Of a stretch of DNA of 64,000 bases, positions 29,199 through 38,604 are shown in pieces (position 1 is the stretch's first letter; the number at the start of each line of letters is the position of its first letter). This stretch comes from a virus. The DNA lies in the IMG/VR virus record IMGVR_UViG_3300027805_000012, positions 4,421 to 68,420 of that record. One strand, 5' to 3'. The notes under the pieces were generated by a model. The model was given only the letters and a program-made list of their open reading frames with translations. It was not told the DNA's origin and ran no database searches. Position numbers and translations under genes: made by a program.

Positions 29199-29450
29199 AT
29201 GATAAAGACAGTTTCTATTCCAGTTTCACTTGAACAGGAACAGCTAATAGCGGAACATCTGTTCTATGGTAAGCAGCTATACGTTTCACCAGATGAAAAG
29301 ATCAGACTTGCAAAATGGGTTCATGCTAAACATCCGCAGTTCAAGATAGAAAAAGCTGAAATTGACTTGGAAAACGCATCTTGGAATTTGTTTCTTTGTT
29401 CTCAAAATGTTACATCTTCAGTAAATAAAAGTCCTACAGATGATGTATAA
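29199..29450 (+). CDS. Hypothetical protein
   Basis: 83-aa ORF. Confidence 0.5.
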   Translation: MIKTVSIPVSLEQEQLIAEHLFYGKQLYVSPDEKIRLAKWVHAKHPQFKIEKAEIDLENASWNLFLCSQNVTSSVNKSPTDDV

Positions 29451-29458
29451 TGTCTATC

Positions 29459-29605
29459 ATGGAGAAAATTACTATTCCAGTTGCGAAACCTAGGAACTAC
29501 TTGGTTGCTGCTGCAAAATTCAGGAAGGCTGGAGCCCATGCGACTAAGCGTGAGAAGCTAGAACGTGCTCAACTAAGGGAGCTGCGGGATGCTACACGCA
29601 TCTGA
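29459..29605 (+). CDS. Small basic protein (48 aa)
   Basis: MEKITIPVAKPRNYLVAAAKFRKAGAH...; TATAAT lies 7 nt upstream. Confidence 0.55.
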   Translation: MEKITIPVAKPRNYLVAAAKFRKAGAHATKREKLERAQLRELRDATRI

Positions 29606-29987
29606 TGGGCTCAAAAATGAAGTCACAGTGCTTCTAGATCGCGTGTTTACCGGAGAAACACTAACGTTTTTTGGTGAAGACGGGGGTGGTCAGTACGGGC
29701 GTTCTACGTTTCCAGTTTCCCACGCAATCAGGGCCTTTGATGTAGACGTAGAAACTTTCAGTGATGACATTGCCGAAACAGCGGTGTACGTGAGGATTTT
29801 TCTTGATGGGTACGTCGCTTCAACCCATGGTCATGCAATAACTGACAGCAACCTTCACATCAATCTAAACAGGCTTCTTGACAGAGAGTTCATTGATAGG
29901 AAGGCTCTTGATTGGGCTCCTATTTCCTATCAAGGTGAAACGTTTATCTGTCTAAAGGTTGATGCGGCCAAGCTTCTGGAGTGGTGA
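29589..29987 (+). CDS. Hypothetical protein
   Basis: 132-aa ORF. Confidence 0.6.
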   Translation: MLHASDGLKNEVTVLLDRVFTGETLTFFGEDGGGQYGRSTFPVSHAIRAFDVDVETFSDDIAETAVYVRIFLDGYVASTHGHAITDSNLHINLNRLLDREFIDRKALDWAPISYQGETFICLKVDAAKLLEW

Positions 29988-30149
29988 GAATGTGGAGAGC
30001 CATCAAAAGCGTTCTGTTCTGTGAGCATGATTGGCAGTGGCTGCGAAATGCAGTTGATGGGCACGCCAAGAACGGGTACAGGCACCCTACCTCAGTTCAC
30101 ATCTGTACCAAGTGCGGAAAACTGAAAACGCTGGAGCACAAGTGAAGAT

Positions 30150-30929
30150 CTACCTTGGAACTTTGCAGTTTGTCAAATGCCAACGGCGCATGTTGGGAGC
30201 CGAGCCCGTTTTACCACAGTGGCATGTCAACTTCGGCAAGTTTAGAAAGGCATGCGTGCCAGCAGCGAGTTGTTTGGCAGCCATTTTCTTTCCATGCTCA
30301 GAACCGTGCCGCCCCTGAAATGGATGGCGACCTTCAGCAAGTTGAGTTGCACAAATTCTTTTTGAATTTTCAGAACCTTTCTTCCCTGCCCATGGATTTG
30401 TGCCCTCCTTTACCCTTCGAAGATTTTGCTCGGAAGACATCTTTGAGCCCGCTACCCCAGAAAATGGGTTTACGTAATTCGGATCTGCAGCGCGTGCGCT
30501 CATAGCAACAGATAATTTTTGGCAATGTTCATTTGACTTTTGCTTACCAATAAGTGCATTGCTAATGTTTGCACGATGGTCTACGCTTTTAGGATTTCCT
30601 TGCAATGCCTTGCTTATCTTTTGCGCCGTAGATAAAATATGATCTGCGGGACCGTGCTTTCCGCCCGGCGTAAGATTTAGGCATCTAGGATCGCTTAGTA
30701 ATTCTGCTGTTACGATGCTTCTTTCTGCTTCCTCGGCTGCTTGGCGAGTTTCGTACAGCGACAAAATTGTCTTTACGTGAAACTTTTTGCCATGTTTCTT
30801 GATACTTGACCTTAGCCGAGTACCTGACCCCATATACCCATCATCGAGGTTATTGGTGCTATGGATGCCGAAATAGAAATGACCGTCTTTGCGATCAATC
30901 CGATAGAGAATATGATATAATTTGGTCAT
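30150..30929 (-). CDS. GIY-YIG (Seg-like) homing endonuclease with NUMOD3 repeats
   Basis: 'ILYRI...FYFGIHST...DGYMGSG', 'CLNLTPGG', '[13 protein letters not shown]', terminal 'CHCGK...RRWH..NC'; antisense to its neighbours. Confidence 0.88.
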   Translation of the reverse strand: MTKLYHILYRIDRKDGHFYFGIHSTNNLDDGYMGSGTRLRSSIKKHGKKFHVKTILSLYETRQAAEEAERSIVTAELLSDPRCLNLTPGGKHGPADHILSTAQKISKALQGNPKSVDHRANISNALIGKQKSNEHCQKLSVAMSARAADPNYVNPFSGVAGSKMSSEQNLRRVKEGTNPWAGKKGSENSKRICATQLAEGRHPFQGRHGSEHGKKMAAKQLAAGTHAFLNLPKLTCHCGKTGSAPNMRRWHLTNCKVPR

Positions 30930-30951
30930 AGCAACTGTGGAAAGTACGTTT

Positions 30952-32040
30952 ATGCGTGTTTATTTATGTGGCGGAGCAGTTCGCGACACCTACATGAAGA
31001 AGCAGGTCTCTGACCAGGACTTCGTGGTTGTAGGTGCAACACCTGAGGATCTACTGCGTGAAGGTTTTCAACAGGTAGGTGCATCTTTTCCAGTGTTCCT
31101 GCACCCTGTTACTCGTGAAGAGTATGCCCTTGCTCGAACTGAGCGCAAGACTGGCCCTGGATATCACGGATTTGAAACCGTTTACGATGAGTCTGTCACT
31201 TTGGAAGACGATCTGGCCCGCCGCGACTTCACGATCAACGCGATGGCTATCGACATGGACACCGCTGATCTAATTGACCCGCACGGCGGTTTCAAGGATC
31301 TGAAGGCCAAAACGCTGCGCCACGTTGGTCCAGCCTTCCGTGAGGATCCACTGCGTGTGGTGCGCATGGCTCGTTTTCTTGCCCGTTTCACTGACTTCAC
31401 TGCAGCTGACGAGACCTTCTTTCTTGCACAGGAAATGGTTCGCAATGGCGAGCTTAACGAGCTGTCGTGGGAGCGATTTGCTGCCGAGATCCACAAGGTG
31501 CTGGACACCTGCACGCCTGACGGCTGCTTCACCTTCTTCGACGTGCTGGACAAGCTACGCTGCAGCGAGCACGTCTCGTTTTTCGCGGGTATGAACCTGC
31601 AGAAGGCGGCGCGGGCTGCCAAGCACGTCAAGCTGAAGATCGCGCCAGTTGTTCGGGCCGAGATCTTTGCGGCCCTAGCCTTCGACGAGACCGAGCGGTG
31701 CGAGCACGTCGGTGGTGTGATGGGCCGAGATGTTCGGCGGCTGCTCGACCTGCTGGTGTTGGACAGGCCAGATGCCGAGATGATGTACAATGTGCTGCAC
31801 AAGTCAGGTGCCTGGAAAAACTCTCACATCTGGCCGATTCTGGTTGCTAGCGTTCAGCTGGGTCAGGAGTTGGGTCGATACTATGCCTTCCATTGGACTC
31901 AGCTGGTGCAGGCCGAGGCAGTCACAACGCCCTACGGCCGAATGGGTGCTGAGCTGGCAGCTCAAGGTGTCAAGGGCGCTGACATCGGTCGCCGCATCAA
32001 GGAAGCCCGAATGGGCGAGCTATTGATGCTTGACCTGTAA
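30952..32040 (+). CDS. cca: CCA-adding tRNA nucleotidyltransferase
   Basis: 'YLCGGAVRD', 'DQDFVVVG', '[10 protein letters not shown]', '[13 protein letters not shown]', '[14 protein letters not shown]'. Confidence 0.95.
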   Translation: MRVYLCGGAVRDTYMKKQVSDQDFVVVGATPEDLLREGFQQVGASFPVFLHPVTREEYALARTERKTGPGYHGFETVYDESVTLEDDLARRDFTINAMAIDMDTADLIDPHGGFKDLKAKTLRHVGPAFREDPLRVVRMARFLARFTDFTAADETFFLAQEMVRNGELNELSWERFAAEIHKVLDTCTPDGCFTFFDVLDKLRCSEHVSFFAGMNLQKAARAAKHVKLKIAPVVRAEIFAALAFDETERCEHVGGVMGRDVRRLLDLLVLDRPDAEMMYNVLHKSGAWKNSHIWPILVASVQLGQELGRYYAFHWTQLVQAEAVTTPYGRMGAELAAQGVKGADIGRRIKEARMGELLMLDL

Positions 32041-32099
32041 GACAATATCGCAACTTGTTCAACAGAGGTTAGAATACCTCATCAACTACTGGAGAAAAA

Positions 32100-32297
32100 A
32101 TGTCTCGAAACAATAAGAACGCTCGCCGAGTAGCTGCTCGTAAGGAAATGTCGAAGCTCCGTCAAGGCGGCGGATCTGGTCCTGCACGCACTACCCCCAA
32201 GCATGAGAAGAAGAATGCTTGGTGGCAGGTGGGTAATGGATCTTACTCAGCCTTCGTCAAGGGTAAGAAGAAGCGAACTGAAGAGGCCGAAACTTGA
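32100..32297 (+). CDS. Small basic protein
   Basis: 65 aa, with GGAG Shine-Dalgarno upstream. Confidence 0.6.
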   Translation: MSRNNKNARRVAARKEMSKLRQGGGSGPARTTPKHEKKNAWWQVGNGSYSAFVKGKKKRTEEAET

Positions 32298-32381
32298 TAG
32301 AACTTCTAGTTTGGGGCATACCGGCGGTGATCACCGCTGCGTGCATTTGGGGCATCATATACAACGTGAAAGGTAAGAAAG

Positions 32382-32846
32382 ATGACACGGACATTCAAGA
32401 GTGATGGTGTGCTGTGGCGGCTGGCAACTGTCTATGGGCCACTGGATGCAAGATTCACTCGCAAGTGGGGCACTGACATCTGTACCTACACCCAGGCAGT
32501 TATCAAAGGCATCTTCGCTGTACTTGCTATCACAGCATTAGGAAGCTTTGCTGCCATTGCTGTTGGGGAAGCTGGTGCATTTTGGGCGGCGTCGCTGGTG
32601 CTTGGGACCATTCCTCCTGAAGGTGCGCCCTTTATTGTTATGTTAGGGTCAACACTCATTTTGATGGCAGCTGTCACAGGAATCGTCTTTTTTGCGATCA
32701 AGACATTGAAGAGGCTCAATGCTGTATTCAAGCTGAAGAAACCATCTACACCGCCTGTTGTAATTAGCAAGCTCAATCTCATGATTGACGCCTGGAAGAA
32801 TAAGTACTGCTGCACTATTGACTTTAGGAGTGATAATGCTTCGTGA
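32382..32846 (+). CDS. Membrane protein
   Basis: Two hydrophobic segments. Confidence 0.65.
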   Translation: MTRTFKSDGVLWRLATVYGPLDARFTRKWGTDICTYTQAVIKGIFAVLAITALGSFAAIAVGEAGAFWAASLVLGTIPPEGAPFIVMLGSTLILMAAVTGIVFFAIKTLKRLNAVFKLKKPSTPPVVISKLNLMIDAWKNKYCCTIDFRSDNAS

Positions 32847-33504
32847 GATTTGTGATGTCTTCAAGGAAGCATACCGTCGTGGATGGATCACTACCCGAGA
32901 CGGTAACGCCTCTTTTCGTCGACCAGAACAGGATTGGTTCTATGTCACCCCGTCAGGTGTCCGTAAGAACGAGATGGTGCCCGATATGTGTATCAAGCTC
33001 GACATCAACCAACAGGGCTGGTCACGTGACCGCTGGCTTGCTGCTGATGATGGGCTTCTCAAGCAGCAGCTCAACCGCGGTCTCAAGCCGACTGGGGAAC
33101 TGCCAATGCACTGGTACCTCCAGCGAGACCTGAGCAAGACGCAGCACCCGCGCGTCGTTCTTCACCTGCACCCGACGCACGTCATCGCGGCCACTCGGTA
33201 CCTGATGGAGCACCCTGCAGTTTTTGGAGGTGACGGGTCTGATTTGATGCGTTTGTGCGAGCAGTTTCCTGAGATCTTCCGCTACACCAAGACTGGCAAG
33301 ATCCTGCCTTACGTTGCACCGATTTCTCAGGCGCTAGCAGATGGCGTTGAGCAGATCATGCTCAATGGTGGCAATGAGCTGCTGTGCGACGTCATCGCGA
33401 TGGACAAGCATGGTGCGGTGTCAGTCGGTGCTGATCCATGGGAAGCGTTCGAACATCAAGAGCGACTTTCGCATATTTGCGAGATATTTTTAGCCTCTAG
33501 ATAA
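32836..33504 (+). CDS. Class II aldolase/adducin family protein
   Basis: 'RDGNAS.R', 'TPSGVRK', 'PTGELPMH', 'LHLHPTH', 'HGAVSVG'. Confidence 0.9.
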   Translation: MLREICDVFKEAYRRGWITTRDGNASFRRPEQDWFYVTPSGVRKNEMVPDMCIKLDINQQGWSRDRWLAADDGLLKQQLNRGLKPTGELPMHWYLQRDLSKTQHPRVVLHLHPTHVIAATRYLMEHPAVFGGDGSDLMRLCEQFPEIFRYTKTGKILPYVAPISQALADGVEQIMLNGGNELLCDVIAMDKHGAVSVGADPWEAFEHQERLSHICEIFLASR

Positions 33505-33753
33505 CTTGCCTCTTCCTAGAAACCAACCTTCTGACAGATAACCACTTAGATCTTTTTTGTCTATCATCTTAGTATTATCTTTTCGTATCCATATTCTTCC
33601 CTTTACCCATTTGCTGACCGCACTTAGTTCATTAGTTGGGTCGTCACCGCCGCCCCAAGACCTAGGTACAATGTCATGATTTTCCGAATATCCGATAGGC
33701 GCATGTAGCCTCCGCTTCTGAATAAGTAGATCGTAGTGTTTTGCGTAATCCAT
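33490..33753 (-). pseudogene. Internally deleted HNH homing endonuclease remnant
   Basis: 'YAKHYDLLI...ENHDIVPRSWGGGDDPTN' joined directly to a C-terminal 'WIRK...YLSEGWFLGR' module. Confidence 0.65.
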
Positions 33754-33850
33754 ATCAATCCTCAGTGATTCACGTGGTGTTTATTCTACATATGGAGCAC
33801 CTTAACCACGCCTGTGAGATCTTTCTGCTGTCACAATAACTTTGTAGAAA

Positions 33851-34252
33851 ATGGCCATCATCAAGATTGTTGAAAAGTCCAAGACCAAGCGGAAACCTGG
33901 CTGGCAACAACAGCAGGCTGAGTATGATGCTTGGTTGTCCAAAGTCAACAGCATGAGCACCAACTTTAGCCGCTCAAAGGAGCTGCCCAAGAAGCCTCTT
34001 GCTAAGGATACAACTCCGGCGACAACGGTTTCCACCTTCCTGCCAAAGTCGTTTGATGCTTTCAAGGGAGGCGGTACCTTGAAGGTCCACCGTCCTGAGT
34101 TGGAATATGCCGACCATCCCGAGATGCTGGAGCGGGAGCTCCGCGCGCGGGAACGGAAGTTCAACGTCGCTCCTGCTTACAACAAAGGCCCAACCATTTA
34201 CGTTTCTGAGGATGAAATCACGAATCAACTTGTTGGTGGTCGTAGGCGATGA
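33851..34252 (+). CDS. Hypothetical protein (T4-like phage 'APAYNKG' family)
   Basis: 'NVAPAYNKGP'. Confidence 0.65.
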   Translation: MAIIKIVEKSKTKRKPGWQQQQAEYDAWLSKVNSMSTNFSRSKELPKKPLAKDTTPATTVSTFLPKSFDAFKGGGTLKVHRPELEYADHPEMLERELRARERKFNVAPAYNKGPTIYVSEDEITNQLVGGRRR

Positions 34253-34357
34253 AACCGGCAATAAATAGCATTGGAGACGCCAAATGGGTCTTCATTTAAC
34301 CGGGTTGCCCTAGCGGGACCCACATCATTAACTCGCTTCTATGAAGGAGAAATTTCT

Positions 34358-34795
34358 ATGACACGTCTGTCACTTCAACCTCTTCACACTCGCTTCCTTG
34401 GTTTTGACCGTCTCTTTGGCGACATTGACCGAGTTCTTACAGATGCACAATCCACTGTTGGCAGCATGGGCTTCCCTCCCTTCAACCTCTACAAGGAACA
34501 GAAGGGATACTCCATCGAGGTGGCTCTTGCGGGCTACAAGAAGGAGGACATCTACGTCAAGCACGACAAGAAGAGTGGAACCCTTACCATTGGTAGCGAT
34601 GGCGTGCCCCAGGACGTTCCTGAGGGGCGAGAGCTTCTGAAGGGCGGTATCGCAGCCCGTTCTTTTGAGCGGCTGTTCACTATCGCTGACAACTTGGTTG
34701 TCAAAAGCGCTGAGATGAAGGATGGCTTGCTCACCGTTCAGCTCGAGACAGTTGAACGTGAAGAGGATAAGCCGCTGCTTATCGCAGTGAAGTAA
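34358..34795 (+). CDS. Small heat-shock protein Hsp20 (IbpA-like)
   Basis: 'FLGFDRLF', 'FPPFNL', 'IEVALAG', 'GIAARSFER.F', 'MKDGLLTV'; AAGGAG Shine-Dalgarno. Confidence 0.95.
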   Translation: MTRLSLQPLHTRFLGFDRLFGDIDRVLTDAQSTVGSMGFPPFNLYKEQKGYSIEVALAGYKKEDIYVKHDKKSGTLTIGSDGVPQDVPEGRELLKGGIAARSFERLFTIADNLVVKSAEMKDGLLTVQLETVEREEDKPLLIAVK

Positions 34796-34812
34796 CCTCC
34801 CAACCATACCCA

Positions 34813-34840
34813 GAGAGGGGTTGAGAGGCCCCTCCTTTAA
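34813..34840 (+). terminator. Rho-independent terminator
   Basis: gagggg/cccctc stem followed by T residues. Confidence 0.6.
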
Positions 34841-34842
34841 AA

Positions 34843-35382
34843 ATGCTAGTACTTAGAAATGCAATTACTAGTCCATATTGGATGACTATGCGCAACTACG
34901 TTCTAAACAGAATGCAGCGCTGCATTTCAGAAAAAGTTACTAGTAAAGTTTGGCGAATTCAGAGCGGTAAACGCTCTCGCATCTACTACATCTGCGACAG
35001 CGATGGGTGGCCAATTTCCTGGTTATATCTGACTCAAAGAAAACACTGGGCAGCTTGGGAAGTGGTGCAAATTTGGACCTTCCCGGAGTTTCGAGGTAGA
35101 GGCTACGCAGAGAAGCTATACAGGACAGCGATCAACATTGATGGCATTCTGTTGGCATCTGGCAATCTTCACACGCAGTTCTCCCAAGCAATGTGGAAGA
35201 GCTTTATTAGTCGTGGTGTGTTCAATATCTGGGCCCAAGATTTCAAGAACCTCAGCAAAACATCAACAGTAGAAGTAGAGAATGGCGAGCTTATCTGTAG
35301 CTTACCGATCTATGTTGATCCAGGTTTAAATCGCCCTTCTACTGACGTTAGACTTATTGCCATTAGCAAGGAAACTAGATGA
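34843..35382 (+). CDS. GNAT-fold-like protein
   Basis: 'TFPEFRGRGYAEKLY', 'AMWKSF'. Confidence 0.6.
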   Translation: MLVLRNAITSPYWMTMRNYVLNRMQRCISEKVTSKVWRIQSGKRSRIYYICDSDGWPISWLYLTQRKHWAAWEVVQIWTFPEFRGRGYAEKLYRTAINIDGILLASGNLHTQFSQAMWKSFISRGVFNIWAQDFKNLSKTSTVEVENGELICSLPIYVDPGLNRPSTDVRLIAISKETR

Positions 35383-36065
35383 CATCAACATCTATTGAGA
35401 CCATGACTGGTCAGTTTGTGGATCTGGTAAATCCAGATCCCAAGACAATCGACATCAGAGATATCGCTTGGGCGACAAGCAGAATGCCTCGCTACGTTGG
35501 GCATACCGTTTCAGCTCTGCCATACACAATCGCGCAGCATTCAATCTTTGTGACTGAGCTCACCTTAGAGCTCTTTAAACGAGATGGAGTGCAGGATCTA
35601 AAGAAATCGTATTTTTCATTTCTAAACGAACAGCTAAGCAAAGATCCTGTAGCACACGAAGAGTGTCAAAAGCTACTCTCAAGACCTGCTAACGTGCGCC
35701 TGCTTCTGGAAATTTTGATGCACGACGCGTCAGAGGCGTATATCGTCGATGTGCCTACACCACTCAAGGAAGCTGATGGCTTTAAACAGGTGTATCTTGA
35801 GCTAGAAAATAAGATGATGTCGGCAATTAGACAACGGTTTAACATGGGAAACCCAGACCCGCACCACCTTAAGGTTTTAAAGTGGGCTGACCGTGCCGCG
35901 CTTACCATCGAAGCGCATCATCTCATTCGGAGCCGAGGGGAAAATTGGACAAGGCTGATGCCCATGGACATGACCTCAATGCGTCTATTCAAGGAACCTA
36001 AAGAACCAATTGCGGTGTATGAAGATTTTATCCAGTGGTTTGAAGAGCTAACGACTCACGCCTAG
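35379..36065 (+). CDS. HD-domain phosphohydrolase (YfbR/YfdR-like deoxynucleotidase)
   Basis: 'RYVGH', 'YTIAQHS', 'LMHDASEAY..DVPTPLK', 'KWAD'. Confidence 0.85.
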   Translation: MTSTSIETMTGQFVDLVNPDPKTIDIRDIAWATSRMPRYVGHTVSALPYTIAQHSIFVTELTLELFKRDGVQDLKKSYFSFLNEQLSKDPVAHEECQKLLSRPANVRLLLEILMHDASEAYIVDVPTPLKEADGFKQVYLELENKMMSAIRQRFNMGNPDPHHLKVLKWADRAALTIEAHHLIRSRGENWTRLMPMDMTSMRLFKEPKEPIAVYEDFIQWFEELTTHA

Positions 36066-36403
36066 CGAATACGGTACTTCTTCTTTAGCATGTTGATTGC
36101 AAACTGGGTGTGTTCATCTGGTTTGGTAAACCATGTGCTGGTATCTAGAAAATCAGGCAGATTCTTAATTATGACAGGACGAACGTCTTGTTCTCCTGCT
36201 TGCCTTGCCCTTCCGATATCATCAAGAAGGTTGTCGCTACCAAGTAGATCATAGATCCTATCCATCTTTTTCTTATCAGATGGACTAATAGGATCCTGTA
36301 GCATGTCCATTATTTCCCTGACCTTGTCAAATGTGTCAGGAAGAGACCATGTTCCCTCAGTAATTGAGGTTGAACTTGATGTAATAATTTCTGCTACTCT
36401 CAT
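36062..36403 (-). CDS. Hypothetical protein
   Basis: MRVAEIITSS; late-promoter-like motif upstream on the minus strand. Confidence 0.65.
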   Translation of the reverse strand: MRVAEIITSSSTSITEGTWSLPDTFDKVREIMDMLQDPISPSDKKKMDRIYDLLGSDNLLDDIGRARQAGEQDVRPVIIKNLPDFLDTSTWFTKPDEHTQFAINMLKKKYRIR

Positions 36404-36639
36404 ACACACTCCACTTTATACTTGCTATTTACCTAGCGAGCGGTTAATAGCATTAGTTGCTAAATAGGCGAAGTCGCACCACCCAAACTAATAAATAAGT
36501 TTGGCTTTAACACATGGTGAGAAATGACATCCAGGACACTCGCAGAGTTAACTGCTCACGTTAGCGTCGCTACAGTCCAAATTGAACAGCCAGTTGCAGA
36601 AGATTAAACTTAACTTTTCAGATTTTTTGGGGCATCAAC

Positions 36640-37392
36640 ATGCAGCGTCGTGAAATTTCATTTAAGCAGTTCCTAATTGAGAATGACGAAGGCGAAGACA
36701 TAGTCTCAGGCCTTCGTAAGCTTGTTTCTGACATCAGGACAAACTGGCGCTCTCCATATTCTGCTGTGAAAAAGGAGCAAGAGCGCCTGTGGAAAAAGCT
36801 GTCACCAAAACAACAAGCACTTCTAAAACAACAATTTGATATTGCTATTAGAGACGCGTTATCAAATATTTCTCAGCCTATACGACTTTCTGGGTTTAAC
36901 CCATCTTCTAAGCTTGAAGCTCAGGTAATTTACTTGACATTTAGAAGAATGGCTAAGGATTTACAGGATCAAATAGGACCTAATTTCTTGGAATTTGCGT
37001 CAACTGGTGCCGATCCATTGATATCACAAAAACAGGCTGATGACTTTAAATCGCAGTATAATTCTGGTTCATTACCAATGGATACACCACTTGGTCCCGT
37101 GGTAATAAAATTCGTGAAGGACCATCAGCAAGAATTAACACGGATAGTAATTGATGAGGACGAGGGAGCATTTGGTTTTGATATATTTGCAGTTCCTCAA
37201 AATCTTTCTCGAGCTCTAAGAAATACCCCGCAAAATAGAAGAGAAGAGGCTGTAAAAGGCGTTCATTATCTTCTTCTTAGAATGGCACGCCAATTTTCTG
37301 ATGCTTCTGTACAGCTTGAGCGTCAATATGCTGGTAAAAATCTTCCAGCAGAACCGCAAAATTCCTCTCAGCCGGCAACCGGAGAGAAGTAG
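36640..37392 (+). CDS. Hypothetical protein with capsid-targeting-like N-terminus
   Basis: 'SFKQFLIE'. Confidence 0.7.
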   Translation: MQRREISFKQFLIENDEGEDIVSGLRKLVSDIRTNWRSPYSAVKKEQERLWKKLSPKQQALLKQQFDIAIRDALSNISQPIRLSGFNPSSKLEAQVIYLTFRRMAKDLQDQIGPNFLEFASTGADPLISQKQADDFKSQYNSGSLPMDTPLGPVVIKFVKDHQQELTRIVIDEDEGAFGFDIFAVPQNLSRALRNTPQNRREEAVKGVHYLLLRMARQFSDASVQLERQYAGKNLPAEPQNSSQPATGEK

Positions 37393-37427
37393 ACTTCTGT
37401 AACAGCTTAAACTTTGTTACAAAAGCT

Positions 37428-37456
37428 GTGTACTTTTTTGCAGGTTTGTGTATAAT
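37428..37456 (+). promoter_or_regulatory. Sigma70-like early promoter
   Basis: GTGTAC-N17-TATAAT; homologues at 48174-48202 and 48260-48288. Confidence 0.7.
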
Positions 37457-37462
37457 GCACCT

Positions 37463-37786
37463 ATGCAACAAACCAAGCGTAAGCGCCGTTCTGATCGTTC
37501 TCACGTTATCTACCAGGTGACGTGCGTCGCCACGGGTGAAAAGTATATCGGTTTGACCGTCTGCGCCGGTAGCACCCCGAAGAAAGCTGTCGAGGTTCGC
37601 TGGAAGCGGCACGTCACTCGTGCGCACAATGAAGGTAAGAGCTGGAAGCTGTGTGAAGCTATTCGCCAGTTCGGGGCCGAAGCTTTCGCTGTTGAGATCC
37701 TCGAGAAGGTCCGTGGTAAGGCTCATGCTCATGTCCGCGAGCGTGAAGTTACCAAGGAAATCGGTGCCACCCTCAACACTGCCTGA
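37463..37786 (+). CDS. Small GIY-YIG nuclease-domain protein
   Basis: 'VIYQVTC..TGEKYIG', 'RWKRH', 'EREVT...LNT'. Confidence 0.8.
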   Translation: MQQTKRKRRSDRSHVIYQVTCVATGEKYIGLTVCAGSTPKKAVEVRWKRHVTRAHNEGKSWKLCEAIRQFGAEAFAVEILEKVRGKAHAHVREREVTKEIGATLNTA

Positions 37787-37955
37787 TTATGCTCTACACT
37801 ATCATCTTTCTGACCGAGGACCGTCATACCGACCAGATGTGGTTCACCAACCCGAAGGTCGGCGATGTCGTCAAGACCAACCTGCTGACTGATGAGGAGC
37901 TCGAGTACTGGGTGATCAAGTCCATTGAGCACAACATCGTCTACCTGGAGAAGCA

Positions 37956-38246
37956 ATGAGCAAGAAGATGAAGTTTGGTGAGTACGTCGGCGCCGTGATT
38001 GCCGGTCACTCCGGTGCCACCGTGATGAAGATCGGCTACGGCTACTTCAACATGGAAGCCATCACCACGGCCGCCAAGCAGATTGATGATGTCGTCTTCA
38101 CTGCCCAGATGGAGCAGCGCAAGCTGACCCGCTTTGAACAACTGATGGTGGAGATCCTTCTGTGCCAGGCCGGTTTCAAAAATCTGACAGAAGCCAATGA
38201 GGGCTACCAACGCTACCTTTCCAAGCAGGAAGATTGTCATGACTAA
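37956..38246 (+). CDS. Hypothetical protein
   Basis: 96-aa ORF with C3-rich codon usage. Confidence 0.6.
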   Translation: MSKKMKFGEYVGAVIAGHSGATVMKIGYGYFNMEAITTAAKQIDDVVFTAQMEQRKLTRFEQLMVEILLCQAGFKNLTEANEGYQRYLSKQEDCHD

Positions 38247-38373
38247 GGTTGGACGAAAGACCCGTGCAAAGCAGGTCCTGTTGACGCTTCTCTTTTTAGC
38301 CATCTGCAATCCAGCAACCATCACCGTTGTCATTGCCTTCCTGATGCACCCTGACCTCTTTTAAGGACATTGT

Positions 38374-38583
38374 ATGAAGCTCTACCTCTGCACCTTCCGT
38401 GTCGACCACACCACCTACATGGGTCGTACCAAGAAAGGAGAGAAGGACTTTCGCCTAGTGTACGCCCGCGATGAGGTCGGCGCGCAGGTCAAGCTCCAAC
38501 TTGCACTCGGTACAGACCGCTGTGAGCCTGGAGACGATGCCCTCTGGTTGCGCGACTTCGAAGCCCACGAAGCGATTCAATAA
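38374..38583 (+). CDS. Hypothetical protein
   Basis: 69-aa ORF with AAGGA Shine-Dalgarno. Confidence 0.6.
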   Translation: MKLYLCTFRVDHTTYMGRTKKGEKDFRLVYARDEVGAQVKLQLALGTDRCEPGDDALWLRDFEAHEAIQ

Positions 38584-38604
38584 GCACTTCCTAAGGAGAA
38601 AAAC

